In this document: piece after piece, positions 17,020-27,227 of the stretch
Layout: each line of letters opens with the position of its first letter
Position numbering within the stretch: position 1 is the stretch's first letter
NCBI GenBank assembly: GCA_963776495.1
Contig: CAVZMW010000006.1
Coordinates: 1,263,954 to 1,327,953, forward strand
Source of the DNA: an uncultured Acidobacteriota bacterium
Lineage (GTDB): Bacteria > Acidobacteriota > Vicinamibacteria > Vicinamibacterales > Fen-181
Direction: 5' to 3'
DNA: 64,000 nucleotides
The notes under the pieces: model-generated
What the model was told of the DNA's origin: nothing
The model's input: only the letters and a program-made list of their open reading frames with translations
The model's database searches: none
Position numbers and translations under genes: made by a program

Positions 17020-18684
17020 GTGGCCGTGCTCGAACTGCGCATAGAGTCCGCGGGTGGCGCGCCGGTCGCGAGGACCTTCGACGCCGAGTCGCTCGTGATC
17101 GGCCGAAAGGCCGGCGCCGACATCGTCGTCGACGACGTCAGCGTCTCCCGCCGGCACGCCAGGCTGTTCGCCGCGAAGGGGGAGTGGTTCGTCGAGGATC
17201 TCCAGTCGCGCAACGGGTCGCGGCTGAACGGGCTCCCGATCACCGCGGCGGTCGGCGTCAAGGGCGGTGACGTCCTCCAGGTGGGGGACACGAGGCTGCG
17301 GGTGGTCGCGGCGGGCGCCGAGCCTCCGGCCGCCCCGACGGCGGCGATGGCGGTCGACGAGGCGCTGTTCTCGGTGCTCAAGCCCGCCTCGGAGCTGCTC
17401 GGCCGGCCCGCCGACGATGCCGCGGCTTCCTCGCGCCTGCGCCTGCTCAACGAGGTGCACCGGGCGCTCGCGACGCCCATCTCGCGCGACGACCTGCTCC
17501 GCTTGATTCTCGACCGCGCGTTCGCGGCGCTCGAACCCGAGGACGGGGCCGTGTTCCTGAAGGCCGCGGACGGAACGCTCGAGAAGGCAGCCGAACGCCG
17601 CTCCCCCCGGTCGCCGGGCCCGTTGCTGGTGTCGCGGCGGCTGGCCGAGGAGGTCGCGGGCAAGGGGGCGGCGGCGCTGGTGCTCGACGCGCGGGTCGAC
17701 GAGCGGTTCGCGGCGGCCGAGAGCGTCATCATGTCGGGCGTCCGCAGCATCCTCGCCGCGCCGTTGAGCGATGCCGGGGGTTGCCTCGGCATGATCGCGC
17801 TGTACTCGAACGCCGCGGCCCGCCTGTTCTCGGAGCAGGACCTGGAGTTGCTCGTCTCGCTCGCCTCGGCGGCCGCGCTGCGCGTGCGGAACATCGAGCT
17901 GGCCGAGCAGGAAGCCGAGCGCCGGGCCGTCGATCGCGAACTGGCCCTGGCGCGCGAGATCCAGATGGCGATGCTCCGGCGCCGGCCCCTCGGGCGCGAC
18001 GAGGTGGACGTGGCCGCGCGGCAGGAGACGGCCCGGCAGGTCGGTGGCGACTTCTACGAGTTCGTCGTGGACGCCGACCGGCTGTGGTTCGTCGTCGCCG
18101 ACGTGGCGGGCAAGGGGATGGCGGCGGCACTGACGATGGCGATGTCGCAGGCGCTCTTTCGCGCGATCGCCGCGCTCCGGCTGCCGCTCGGCGACGCCGT
18201 CGCCCGGCTCAACGGGGAACTCGCGCGCGACAACGAGCGGGCGATGTTCGTCACCGCGCTGGCCGGATGCCTGGACCTGGGGACCGGGCGGCTCGAGTTG
18301 GCCAACGCCGGCCACAACCTGCCGTATCTGCTTCGTCGGGACGGCAGCGTCGAGCTGCTCGCGGCGCGCAACGCGCTGGCGCTCGGCGTGATGGCGGACG
18401 TCGCGTTTCCCGTGACCGGGGTCGTCCTCGAGCCGGGTGACGGGCTCTTCCTCTACACCGACGGCGTCTGCGATGCGGTCGGCCCGGACGGGAGCCGCTT
18501 CGGCACCGCCGGCCTCGAGCGGCACCTGCGCGCGGTCGGCCGGCAGCACTCGGCCTCCCTCGTCGACGGCGTCTTCCGGGCGGTCGAGGCGTTCGCGGGC
18601 GGCGCCCCGCAGGAAGACGACATCACCGTGGCCGTGGTGCGCTACAAGCCGATGGCGAAGGCCCCGCTCCGGCGCGCCGACTGA
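17020..18684 (+). CDS. FHA-GAF-PP2C(SpoIIE) phosphatase, RsbU-like
   Basis: N-terminal FHA (LVIGRKAGADIVVDDVSVSRRHARLF...FVEDLQSRNGSRLNG). Central GAF-like region. C-terminal PP2C motifs (GGDFYEF, FVVADVAGKG, LYTDGV, DDITVAVV). Confidence 0.8.
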   Translation: MAVLELRIESAGGAPVARTFDAESLVIGRKAGADIVVDDVSVSRRHARLFAAKGEWFVEDLQSRNGSRLNGLPITAAVGVKGGDVLQVGDTRLRVVAAGAEPPAAPTAAMAVDEALFSVLKPASELLGRPADDAAASSRLRLLNEVHRALATPISRDDLLRLILDRAFAALEPEDGAVFLKAADGTLEKAAERRSPRSPGPLLVSRRLAEEVAGKGAAALVLDARVDERFAAAESVIMSGVRSILAAPLSDAGGCLGMIALYSNAAARLFSEQDLELLVSLASAAALRVRNIELAEQEAERRAVDRELALAREIQMAMLRRRPLGRDEVDVAARQETARQVGGDFYEFVVDADRLWFVVADVAGKGMAAALTMAMSQALFRAIAALRLPLGDAVARLNGELARDNERAMFVTALAGCLDLGTGRLELANAGHNLPYLLRRDGSVELLAARNALALGVMADVAFPVTGVVLEPGDGLFLYTDGVCDAVGPDGSRFGTAGLERHLRAVGRQHSASLVDGVFRAVEAFAGGAPQEDDITVAVVRYKPMAKAPLRRAD

Positions 18685-18747
18685 CCCGCGCGCCGGGGGG
18701 CGCCAATCGACCCTGGAGTTGCGGCGCCGCGCGCCCCGCGTGAACGG

Positions 18748-21700
18748 TCACTCGGCCGCGGCCGAATCGAGGGCGGGCTGCCTGGCCGCCTTGCGTCGCG
18801 CCAGCCACTCCTGCAGCTGCTCCATGTAGATGTAGAAGATCGGCGTGACGTAGAGCGTCAGCGTCTGCGACACGATCAGGCCGCCCACCACCGAGAGCCC
18901 GAGCGGACGCCGCGCCTCCGAGCCCGCGCCCCAGCCCAGCGCGATCGGCAGCGTGCCCATCAGCGCCGCCATCGTCGTCATCATGATCGGGCGGAACCGG
19001 ACCCGGCAGGCTTCGTAGATCGCCTCCGGCGCGGTGAGGTTCCCCCGCCGGCGGGCCTCGATCGCGAAGTCGATCATCATGATGCCGTTCTTCTTCACCA
19101 GGCCGACGAGCATGATGATGCCGACAAACGCGTAGATGTTCAGGTCGTACTTGAAGAGGTAGAGCGTCAGCAGGGCGCCGAAGCCGGCCGACGGCAAGCC
19201 GGAGAGAATCGTCAGCGGGTGGATGAAGCTCTCGTAGAGGATGCCCAGCACCACGTAGATCACGAAGATGGCGAGGGCGAGCACCCAGCCCAGGCCCGTC
19301 ATCGAATCCTGGAACGCCTGCGCCGTGCCCTGGAAGCTCCCGGAGATCGTCGCCGGGAGCGTGTCGCGGGCGACCGTCTGGACCTTCGCCACGGCGTCGC
19401 CGAGCGCGACGCCCGGCTTGAGGTTGAACGACAGGGTGACCGACGGCAGCTGCCCGGTGTGGTTCACCGAGAGCGGGCCCGCGGTCTGGCGCGTCCGCAC
19501 GACCGCCGAGAGCGGCACCAGCGTGCCGGCCGGCGAGGTGAGGTAGAGCAGCGACAGCGCGGCCGGATCGCGCTGGTAGGGCGGCGCGACCTGCAGGATG
19601 ACCTGGTACTGATCGTCGGGCGCGTAGATCTGCGACACCTGCTCGGACCCGTACGAGGAGTTCAGCGCCGATTCGACATGGTCGACCGTCAGGCCGAGCG
19701 CGGCGATCTGGTCGCGGTCCAGGTCCACGTTGAGCTGCGGGTTGCGGATCTGCAGGTCCGAGGTGACGTCCTCGATGCCCTCGACCGCGCGCAGGGCCGT
19801 CTCGAACTGCGGCGCCGCCTTGTACAGCTCGTCGGTGTCCGGGTCCTGCAGCGTGAACTGGTACTGGCTCCGCGTCATCATCCCGCCGATCCGGATGGCC
19901 GGGGGATTGACGAGGAAGACCCTGATGCCCGGGATCCGCGCGAGCTTCGGGCGGATCGCCTCGATCACCTGGTCCGCCGTGAGCGGACGCTGGTCGCGCG
20001 GCTTGAGGTCGACGTTCAAGCGGCCGCCGGCGCCGCCGACGTTGGCCGTGTAGCCGGCCACGTTGTCGTCGTGCGCGAGGACGTTCATCACGTCCTTGAC
20101 GCGGGCCACCGTGGCGTCGAACCCGAGCCCCTGGAGCGTCTCGACCTGGCCGCTGAGCTGCCCGGTGTCCACGCTCGGGATGAAGCCCATCGGGATGAGC
20201 GTGAACAGGTAGACCGTGCCGGCCAGCAGCAGGGCCGACACCCCCATGGTGGTGCCCTTGAACCGGATCGTCTGGCGCAGCGACCACGAGTAGCCCTGCA
20301 GCCACGCCTCGAACATCCGCTCCATGACGTTGTAGAACCAGCCGTGCCGGACCGCGTGCGGCGACTGGAGGAACCGGCTGCAGAGCATCGGCGTCAGCGT
20401 CAGCGAGACGAGGCCGGAGACGAGGATGGCCGCGCCGATGGTGACCGCGAACTCGTGCATCAGCCGGCCGACGACGCCGCCCATGAACAGCACCGGGATG
20501 AACACCGCGGCGAGCGACAGCGTCATCGACACGATCGTGAAGGCGATCTCCTTCGACCCGTCGAGCGCCGCCTGCAGCCGCGGCTTGCCCATCTCCATGT
20601 GCCGGACGATGTTCTCGAGCATGACGATCGCGTCGTCGACGACGAAGCCCACCGAGAGCGTGAGGGCCATCAGCGACAGGTTGTCGAGGCTGTACCCGAG
20701 CAGGTACATCACGGCGAACGTGCCGACGATCGAGAAGGGCAGCGCGAGGCTGGGGATGATCGTCGCTGAGAAGTTCCGGAGGAACAGGAAGATCACGAGC
20801 ACGACGAGCGCGATCGTCAGCTGCAGGGTGAACTTGACGTCGCCCACCGATTCGCGGATCGGGACCGATCGATCGCTGCGGACGCGCAGGAGCACCGACG
20901 CCGGGAGTTGCCCCTCGAGCTGCGGCAGCACCGCCTTGATCCGGTCGACCACCTCGACGGTGTTGGTCCCGGGCTGCCGCTGGATCGCGAGGTAGATCGT
21001 GCGCGCGCCGTTGTACCAGCCCGCGTTCCGCTCGTTCTCGACGCCGTCGTAAACGTGGGCGACGTCGCCCAGGCGGACGGGGCTGCCCTTGCGCCACGCC
21101 ACGACGATCCGCTTGTAGTCCTCGGCCGCCATGAGCTGCCCGGACGCCTGGATGACGAAGTTGCGGTCGGGTCCGAACAGCGTGCCGGTCGGGGTGTTCA
21201 CGTTCGCCGACGTGATGGCCGACGCCACCTGGTCGATGCCGATCAGCCGCGACGCGAGCTGCATCGGATCGACGTCCACGCGCACGGCGAACTTCTGCGA
21301 CCCGTACACGCTCACCTGGGCGACGCCCGTGATCATCGACAGGCGCTGGGCCAGCAGGTTCTGCGCGTAGCGGTCGAGCTGCGACAGCGGCAGGGTCGGG
21401 GAGCTCAGCGTCAGGAAGAGCACCGGGGAGTCGGCCGGGTTGACCTTCTGGTAGGACGGCGGCGCGGGCATCCCGGGCGGCAGCTGGCGCTGCGCGCGGG
21501 CGATCATCGACTGCACGTCCTGCGCGGCAGCGTCGATCGACCGGCTCAGGTCGAACTGCAGCGTGATGCTGGTCGAGCCCTGCGTGTTGCTCGAGCTGAT
21601 CGAGCTGACGCCGGCGATGGTCGAGAACTGCTTCTCGAGCGGCGTCGCGACCGACGCCGCCATCGTCTCCGGGCTCGCGCCCGGCAGGCCCGCGTTGACC

Positions 21701-21837
21701 TGGATCGTCGGGAAGTCGATCGTGGGGAGGTCGTTCACCGGCAGGAGCCGGTAGCCCATGATGCCGAAGATCAGGATCGACAGGACGAGCAGCGTGGTGG
21801 CGACGGGGCGGCGGATGAACGGTTCGGCGAAGTTCAT
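18748..21837 (-). CDS. RND efflux transporter, inner-membrane permease (HAE1-type)
   Basis: 1029 aa. N-terminus [29 protein letters not shown] with AcrB/MdtC-like organisation throughout. Confidence 0.9.
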   Translation of the reverse strand: MNFAEPFIRRPVATTLLVLSILIFGIMGYRLLPVNDLPTIDFPTIQVNAGLPGASPETMAASVATPLEKQFSTIAGVSSISSSNTQGSTSITLQFDLSRSIDAAAQDVQSMIARAQRQLPPGMPAPPSYQKVNPADSPVLFLTLSSPTLPLSQLDRYAQNLLAQRLSMITGVAQVSVYGSQKFAVRVDVDPMQLASRLIGIDQVASAITSANVNTPTGTLFGPDRNFVIQASGQLMAAEDYKRIVVAWRKGSPVRLGDVAHVYDGVENERNAGWYNGARTIYLAIQRQPGTNTVEVVDRIKAVLPQLEGQLPASVLLRVRSDRSVPIRESVGDVKFTLQLTIALVVLVIFLFLRNFSATIIPSLALPFSIVGTFAVMYLLGYSLDNLSLMALTLSVGFVVDDAIVMLENIVRHMEMGKPRLQAALDGSKEIAFTIVSMTLSLAAVFIPVLFMGGVVGRLMHEFAVTIGAAILVSGLVSLTLTPMLCSRFLQSPHAVRHGWFYNVMERMFEAWLQGYSWSLRQTIRFKGTTMGVSALLLAGTVYLFTLIPMGFIPSVDTGQLSGQVETLQGLGFDATVARVKDVMNVLAHDDNVAGYTANVGGAGGRLNVDLKPRDQRPLTADQVIEAIRPKLARIPGIRVFLVNPPAIRIGGMMTRSQYQFTLQDPDTDELYKAAPQFETALRAVEGIEDVTSDLQIRNPQLNVDLDRDQIAALGLTVDHVESALNSSYGSEQVSQIYAPDDQYQVILQVAPPYQRDPAALSLLYLTSPAGTLVPLSAVVRTRQTAGPLSVNHTGQLPSVTLSFNLKPGVALGDAVAKVQTVARDTLPATISGSFQGTAQAFQDSMTGLGWVLALAIFVIYVVLGILYESFIHPLTILSGLPSAGFGALLTLYLFKYDLNIYAFVGIIMLVGLVKKNGIMMIDFAIEARRRGNLTAPEAIYEACRVRFRPIMMTTMAALMGTLPIALGWGAGSEARRPLGLSVVGGLIVSQTLTLYVTPIFYIYMEQLQEWLARRKAARQPALDSAAAE

Positions 21838-21852
21838 GATGGGGTCTCCCGC

Positions 21853-23097
21853 CTACCGGCCGCCGCGGGAACCCTGGCCGCGCGGCTCGCCGGGGCCGGC
21901 GCGACCGGGCGCCGCCTCGCCCCGCTCGACCACGCGGGCGCCGGGCGTGAGCCGCAGGTGCCCGTCGGTGACGACGGTCTCCCCGGCGCTGACGCCGCTC
22001 TCGACGACCACCTGGTCTCCCTGCTGGCGATCGACCTTCACGGGCCGCATCTCGACCGTGCGGTCGCTCCTCACCACGTAGACGTACTGTCCGTCCTGCG
22101 ACGTCTGCACCGCCACCGCGGGGACCACCAGGGCGTTGGGGTCGCTCGTCAGGTCGAGGACCACCTGGACGAAGGCGCCCGGCCACAGCAGGTGCCCCGC
22201 GTTCGCGAACGTCGCCTTCAGCCGGATGGTGCCGGCCGCCGGGTCCACGCTGTTGTCGATGAAGGTCACCGTGCCCCGGTCCCGCGCCGTGAGCGTGGCC
22301 GGCGCCTGGCCGGGGGGCGCCGTGGCCGACTGGTCCGCGCCGGGCGGGAGGACCGCCGAGACCTGGAGCGGCCGCTCGCCCTGGTACTGCCGGACCTTCG
22401 CGAGGTAGAGCCCGGGGACCGAGAACGCCACGTAGACGGGCGAGAGCTGGTTGATCACCACGAGCGCCGTGGTGTCGGCGGACGAGACGAGGTCCCCTTC
22501 GTGGACGCCGAGCGAGCCGGTGCGGCCGGCGAGGGGCGCCTTGATCTCGGTGAACTGGAGATTCAGCCGCGCGCTCTCGATCGCGGCCTGGTCCGCGGCG
22601 ACCGTGCCCGCGAGGGCCCCCGCGCTGGCGCGCTGGGCTTCGTACTGGTCGCGGGAGACCAGTCCCCGGTTGAACAGGTTCTCGAGGCGCGACTGCTGGG
22701 CCTGCGCGTTCTGCCAGGTCGCCGTGTCGCGGGCGAGCACCGCCTCGGCCTGGTGGAGGGCGGCTTCGAACGGCCTCGCGTCGATGCTGAACAGCGGCTG
22801 TCCTTTCTCGACGTCCTGGCCCTCGACGAAGTGGATGGCGCCCACCTGCCCGGAGACCCGCGAGCGGACCTGGACGCTGGCGATCGTCTCGACGGCGCCG
22901 ACAGCGGAGAGCGTCACCGGCATCGGCCTCCGCTCGACGCGCGCGGACACGATCGGGACCGGGCCACCGCCCGCGCGCCCTCCGGCGCGCCCACCGGGCG
23001 GCGCGGCGTCGCCGGCGCCGGACGACGGCGAGCAGGCGGCGAGCGGCAGGCACGAGACGAGGAGTGCGAGGACGGGGCGACGGATGTCTGTCAGCAT
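21853..23097 (-). CDS. RND efflux membrane-fusion (periplasmic adaptor) lipoprotein
   Basis: Lipobox LPLAAC. Lipoyl-like, coiled-coil and beta-barrel MFP segments (ARLNLQFTEIKAPLAGRTG). It lies 15 nt upstream of the RND permease. Confidence 0.85.
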   Translation of the reverse strand: MLTDIRRPVLALLVSCLPLAACSPSSGAGDAAPPGGRAGGRAGGGPVPIVSARVERRPMPVTLSAVGAVETIASVQVRSRVSGQVGAIHFVEGQDVEKGQPLFSIDARPFEAALHQAEAVLARDTATWQNAQAQQSRLENLFNRGLVSRDQYEAQRASAGALAGTVAADQAAIESARLNLQFTEIKAPLAGRTGSLGVHEGDLVSSADTTALVVINQLSPVYVAFSVPGLYLAKVRQYQGERPLQVSAVLPPGADQSATAPPGQAPATLTARDRGTVTFIDNSVDPAAGTIRLKATFANAGHLLWPGAFVQVVLDLTSDPNALVVPAVAVQTSQDGQYVYVVRSDRTVEMRPVKVDRQQGDQVVVESGVSAGETVVTDGHLRLTPGARVVERGEAAPGRAGPGEPRGQGSRGGR

Positions 23098-23275
23098 GGC
23101 GAGTCCGACGGGATCGTGGTCCGGTTCAAGGTCGTGGCCGGCCGCTGCACGTTCCCTGTTCGGGGTTGGCCCTTGGGGCGCGACGACCGGATGGGAGGCG
23201 GGGAAGCGGCGCGTGAAGCAGCCCCGGGTCGAGCGGCCCGAAGGCCGGCGTCCCGGGGCCGTGGGTGTTCGGTGC

Positions 23276-23845
23276 TCAGCGGGACAGCAGTTCCTCGTCC
23301 TTCTTCTTCTGCAAATCGTCGACCTGCGCGATCTCCTGGTCGGTGATCCGCTGCACGTCGTCGAGGCCGCGCTTCTCGTCGTCCTCGGAGACCTTCTTGT
23401 CCTTGGCCAGCTTCTTCAGCCGGTCGTTGGCGTCGCGGCGCACCGTGCGGATCGCGTTCCTCGCTTCCTCGGCCATCTTGTGGACGTGGCGCGAGAGCTC
23501 CTTCCGTCGGTCCTCGGTCAGCGGCGGCACCGGGATCCGGATCACCTTGCCGTCGTTGTTCGGGTTCAACCCGAGATCGGACGCGCGGATGGCCTTCTCG
23601 ATGGCGCCCATGAGCGTCGGGTCGAACGGCTGCGCGACGATCATCGTGGGCTCGGGCACCGACAGCGACGCCACCTGGTTGAGCGGCATCCGCGTGCCGT
23701 AGGCCTCGACGTGCACCGGGTCGAGGATCCCGGTGCTGGCGCGGCCGGTCCGCACGCCGGCCAGCTCGTGGCGCAGGTGATCGATGGCGCCCGCCATCCG
23801 CTTCTTCACTTCCGCGTTCAGGCTCTTGAGATCGTTCACTTCCAT
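23276..23845 (-). CDS. frr: ribosome recycling factor
   Basis: 189 aa, full-length match to RRF (HLRHELAGVRTGRAS...IRIPVPPLTEDRRKEL). Confidence 0.95.
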   Translation of the reverse strand: MEVNDLKSLNAEVKKRMAGAIDHLRHELAGVRTGRASTGILDPVHVEAYGTRMPLNQVASLSVPEPTMIVAQPFDPTLMGAIEKAIRASDLGLNPNNDGKVIRIPVPPLTEDRRKELSRHVHKMAEEARNAIRTVRRDANDRLKKLAKDKKVSEDDEKRGLDDVQRITDQEIAQVDDLQKKKDEELLSR

Positions 23846-23889
23846 GTGTCAGCTCCGACAGGTGAACGTGGGGATGCGAGTCGCGCGAC

Positions 23890-24621
23890 TCAGTCCGCCG
23901 TGACCAGCGACCCGACGCGCTCGCCGAGCACGGCCCGCTTCAGGTGCCCCTCGGTGCGCAGGTTGAAGACGATGATCGGCATCCGGTTGTCCTTGCACAG
24001 CGAGATCGCCGTGGTGTCCATCACCTCGAGGCCCCGGACGACGACGTCGAGGTAGGAGATCGTGTCGAACCGCTGCGCGTCGGGGACCTTCACCGGGTCG
24101 GCCGCGTAGATGCCGTCGACCTTGGTGGCCTTCATCAGGACGTCGGCCTTGATCTCCATCGCGCGCAGGGCGGCGGCCGTGTCGGTGGTGAAGTACGGGT
24201 TGCCCGTGCCGGCCGCGAAGATCACGACGCGGCCCTTCTCGAGGTGGCGCATGGCGCGGCGCCGGATGAACGGCTCGGCGATCTGGCGCATCTCGATCGC
24301 GGTGAGCGTCCGCGTCGTCACGCCCTGGCGCTCGAGCGCGTCCTGCAGCGCCAGCGCGTTGATGCAGGTGGCCAGCATCCCCATGTAGTCCGCCGTCGCG
24401 CGGTCGGTGCCGCGCGTGCTGGCGGCCACGCCCCGGAAGATGTTGCCGCCGCCGATGACGATCGCCACCTCGACGCCGAGCGCGCGGACCTCGGCGACGT
24501 CGCGGGCGATCCGGATGGCGACCGACGGGTCGATCCCGTAGGCCTGCCCGCCCAGGAGCGCTTCGCCGGACAACTTGAGGAGAATGCGTTTGTAGGCGGG
24601 GGTGGCGGGCGAGGCTGGCAT
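23890..24621 (-). CDS. pyrH: UMP kinase
   Basis: ATG 24621. [13 protein letters not shown]...[11 protein letters not shown]...[23 protein letters not shown]. Confidence 0.95.
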   Translation of the reverse strand: MPASPATPAYKRILLKLSGEALLGGQAYGIDPSVAIRIARDVAEVRALGVEVAIVIGGGNIFRGVAASTRGTDRATADYMGMLATCINALALQDALERQGVTTRTLTAIEMRQIAEPFIRRRAMRHLEKGRVVIFAAGTGNPYFTTDTAAALRAMEIKADVLMKATKVDGIYAADPVKVPDAQRFDTISYLDVVVRGLEVMDTTAISLCKDNRMPIIVFNLRTEGHLKRAVLGERVGSLVTAD

Positions 24622-24639
24622 ACAGGCTAGGATTATAGA

Positions 24640-24688
24640 ACAGAAGACAAAGAAAATGCCGGGCGATGGCACCCCATCGGCCCGGCAT
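24640..24688 (-). terminator. rho-independent terminator downstream of tsf
   Basis: On the minus strand the stem AUGCCGGGC / GCCCGGCAU (24656-24688) is followed by UUUUCUUUGUCUUCUG. Confidence 0.7.
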
Positions 24689-24704
24689 TCGGTAATCGCC
24701 TTGT

Positions 24705-24770
24705 GTCTTGAGTCCTGAGTCTTGCGCCTTGGGCCTCCGCGCATGAGCCCTGAGCCTCAGGCCCGGAGCC
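24705..24770. repeat. phased heptamer array (about ten GYCYYGA-like units) abutting the tsf stop codon
   Basis: gtcttga gtcctga gtcttgc gccttgg gcctccg cgcatga gccctga gcctcag gcccgga gcc, read in 7-nt register. Confidence 0.6.
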
Positions 24771-25400
24771 TTACTCGCTGTCGCCGAGCTTGAAGCGCGC
24801 GAAGCGGGAGACGGTGATGTTCTCGCCCGTCTTGGCCACCGCCGCGGCGACGAGCTGCGAGACCTTCATCGAGGCGTCGCGCACCGACACCTGGTCGAGG
24901 AGGCAGACGCGCTCGTAGAAGCTGCCGAGCTTCCCCTCGACGATCTTCTCGACGACCGGGGCGGGCTTGCCCGAGTCGGCCATCTGCGCGCGGTAGATTT
25001 CCTTCTCCTTCTCGACGTCGCCGGCCGGCACCTGCTCGCGGCTGACCCACTTCGGGTCGGCGGCCGCCACCTGCATCGCCAGTTCCTTGACGAGCGTCTT
25101 GAAGTCGTCGGTCTTGGCGACGAAGTCGGACTCGCAGTTGACCTCGACGAGCACGCCGAGCTTGGCGAACCCGAACGGCCCGGCTCCGTCGGCGATCGGC
25201 ATGTGGATGTAGGTGCCGACGGCGCCCTGCCTGGTGGCGCGGCCGCTCCGCGACGCGGCCTTGGCCAGGCCGCGCTTGCGCAGCACGGTGACCGCCTCCT
25301 CGACGTCGCCGTTCGCCTCGGTGAGGGCCGCCTTGCATTCCATCATGCCTGCGCCGGTCTTGTCGCGCAGCACCTTGACCTGTTCTGCGGTGATAGCCAT
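24771..25400 (-). CDS. tsf: elongation factor Ts (short form)
   Basis: ATG 25400. MAITAEQVKVLRDKTGAGMMECKAALTEANGDVEEAV... Confidence 0.9.
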   Translation of the reverse strand: MAITAEQVKVLRDKTGAGMMECKAALTEANGDVEEAVTVLRKRGLAKAASRSGRATRQGAVGTYIHMPIADGAGPFGFAKLGVLVEVNCESDFVAKTDDFKTLVKELAMQVAAADPKWVSREQVPAGDVEKEKEIYRAQMADSGKPAPVVEKIVEGKLGSFYERVCLLDQVSVRDASMKVSQLVAAAVAKTGENITVSRFARFKLGDSE

Positions 25401-25489
25401 CGCGTTCCTTTCCGTCGCTCCGTACAAAAAAATTGTAGGGGCGGGCTGCCGAACCCACCCCTACACGGTGACTCTGCTCGACCCGCGTC

Positions 25490-26296
25490 CTAGGCCGGGA
25501 CCGTGGTCGGGGCCTGGGGGTGTTCCGGCCGCGGCCGGCGCACGTTGCGCGCGCCGCGCTGGGCGTCGGCCGCCGCGTCCGCGTCGCCCGCCGCCTCGGC
25601 GTGCGCGGCCTCGCGGAAGCCGCGGCCGCTGACGATCGCGTCGGCCAGGCGCGAGGCGAACAGCCGGATCGCCCGCAGCGCGTCGTCGTTGCCGGGGATC
25701 ACGAAGTCGACCTCGTCGGGATCGCTGTTGGTGTCGACGACGCCGATCACCGGGATCTTCAGCTTCCGCGCCTCGTCGACCGCGATCTTCTCCTTGTGGG
25801 TGTCGACCACGAAGACCGCGTCGGGCAGCTTCGCCATCAGGCGGATGCCGTCGAGGTTCTTCTGGAGCTTGCGCTTCTCCTTCTCGAGCCGCGCGACCTC
25901 CTTCTTCGACAGCGAGTCGTAGCGCCCGTCGGTCGCCATCGCCTCCAGCTCCCGCAGCCGGCCGAGGCTCTTCTGGATGGTGGAGAAGTTGGTCAACAGG
26001 CCGCCCAGCCAGCGCTGGTTCACGAAGAACATGCCGCTGCGCTGCGCTTCCTCGGCGATGGCGTCCTGCGCCTGCCGCTTGGTGCCGACGAACAGGACCG
26101 TGCCGCCCTCCGACGCGAGGCGCGAAACGAACTCCTCGGCCTCCCGGAACAGCTTCGCCGTCTTCCCGAGGTCGATGATGTAGATCCCGTTCCGTTGCCC
26201 GAAGATGAATTCCTTCATCTTGGGGTTCCAGCGTTTGGTCTGGTGGCCGAAGTGGACCCCGGCTTCCAGCAACTCTTTCATGGCGATCCCGGACAA
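25490..26296 (-). CDS. rpsB: 30S ribosomal protein S2
   Basis: [22 protein letters not shown]... The track start at 26296 is TTG after GGAGGG. An internal ATG lies 5 codons later. Confidence 0.95.
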   Translation of the reverse strand: MSGIAMKELLEAGVHFGHQTKRWNPKMKEFIFGQRNGIYIIDLGKTAKLFREAEEFVSRLASEGGTVLFVGTKRQAQDAIAEEAQRSGMFFVNQRWLGGLLTNFSTIQKSLGRLRELEAMATDGRYDSLSKKEVARLEKEKRKLQKNLDGIRLMAKLPDAVFVVDTHKEKIAVDEARKLKIPVIGVVDTNSDPDEVDFVIPGNDDALRAIRLFASRLADAIVSGRGFREAAHAEAAGDADAAADAQRGARNVRRPRPEHPQAPTTVPA

Positions 26297-26328
26297 GCGC
26301 CCTCCACCTTCGGTGCGAAATGAGACAG

Positions 26329-26721
26329 TTAACGTTTGCTGAACTGGAAACGCTTGCGCGCGCCAGCCATGCCGTACTTCTTCCGTTCCTTGGCGCGCGA
26401 GTCGCGCGTCAGCAGCCCTTCCTTCTTCAGCCGCCCCCGGAACTCCGCGTTGTACTCGCAGAGCGCCCGGGTGATGCCGAGCCGGATCGCGCCCGCCTGG
26501 CCGGCCACGCCCCCGCCCGCGACGGTCGCAAGGATGTCGAACTTGTCCGCCGTCTCGGTGAGCAGCAGCGGCTGGCGCACCTGCACGCGCAGCGCCTCGG
26601 TGGGGAAGTAGTTCTCGAACTGCCTGCGGTTGACGCTGATGCCGCCGTTGCCGGGCCGCAGGAAGACGCGCGCGGCCGAGGTCTTGCGACGGCCGGTGCC
26701 GTAATACTGGATGACTGACAC
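26329..26721 (-). CDS. rpsI: 30S ribosomal protein S9
   Basis: 130 aa ending ...[11 protein letters not shown]. Confidence 0.95.
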   Translation of the reverse strand: MSVIQYYGTGRRKTSAARVFLRPGNGGISVNRRQFENYFPTEALRVQVRQPLLLTETADKFDILATVAGGGVAGQAGAIRLGITRALCEYNAEFRGRLKKEGLLTRDSRAKERKKYGMAGARKRFQFSKR

Positions 26722-26722
26722 G

Positions 26723-27154
26723 TTAGGCTACCTTGAACTGGGTTGGCTTCTGCGCGGTGTGCGGATGGTCCGCCCCGCGGTAGACCTTGAGCTTGCGATA
26801 CATGGCGTCGCCGAGCTTCGACTTCGGCAGCATGCCGCGGATCGCCTCTTCCACCATCCGCACCGGGCTCTTCTGCCGGACGTCCTTCGCTCGCTCTTCG
26901 CGGAGGCCGCCCTCGTAGCCGCTGTGGTAGCGGTAGAGTTTCTGTTCTTCCTTGCGGCCGGTGAGCTTGACTTGCGCCGCGTTGATCACGACGACGTGGT
27001 CGCCGGTATCGAGGAACGGCGTGTAGGAGGCCTTGTGCTTGCCCTGGAGCAGCTTCGCCGCCACCGACGCGACCCGCCCGAGCACCTGGTCCCCGGCGTC
27101 AATCACGTGCCACTGTCTGTCGATCTTGTTCGCGCTTGGCGTAAACGTCCGCAT
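26723..27154 (-). CDS. rplM: 50S ribosomal protein L13
   Basis: ATG 27154. [30 protein letters not shown]... Confidence 0.95.
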   Translation of the reverse strand: MRTFTPSANKIDRQWHVIDAGDQVLGRVASVAAKLLQGKHKASYTPFLDTGDHVVVINAAQVKLTGRKEEQKLYRYHSGYEGGLREERAKDVRQKSPVRMVEEAIRGMLPKSKLGDAMYRKLKVYRGADHPHTAQKPTQFKVA

Positions 27155-27198
27155 CGCACCGTTCCCTGTGGGTGTTCCCGAAACCACGGCAAACCCAA

Positions 27199-27227
27199 AT
27201 GATAGCCAGCCCCGGCCGCACTGTCAA
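27199..27227 (-). promoter_or_regulatory. sigma70-type promoter for rplM-rpsI (TTGACA-N17-TATCAT)
   Basis: The minus strand reads TTGACA (27227..27222), a 17-nt spacer, then TATCAT (27204..27199). This sits about 45 nt upstream of the rplM ATG. Confidence 0.55.

Noticed and set aside
18623-23053. 1476-aa minus-strand ORF spanning the RND permease and adaptor genes
   Set aside because: It lies in a different frame over genes with clear full-length RND/MFP similarity. Its composition (Arg/Pro/Gly/Ala-rich) is typical of spurious open frames in high-GC DNA.
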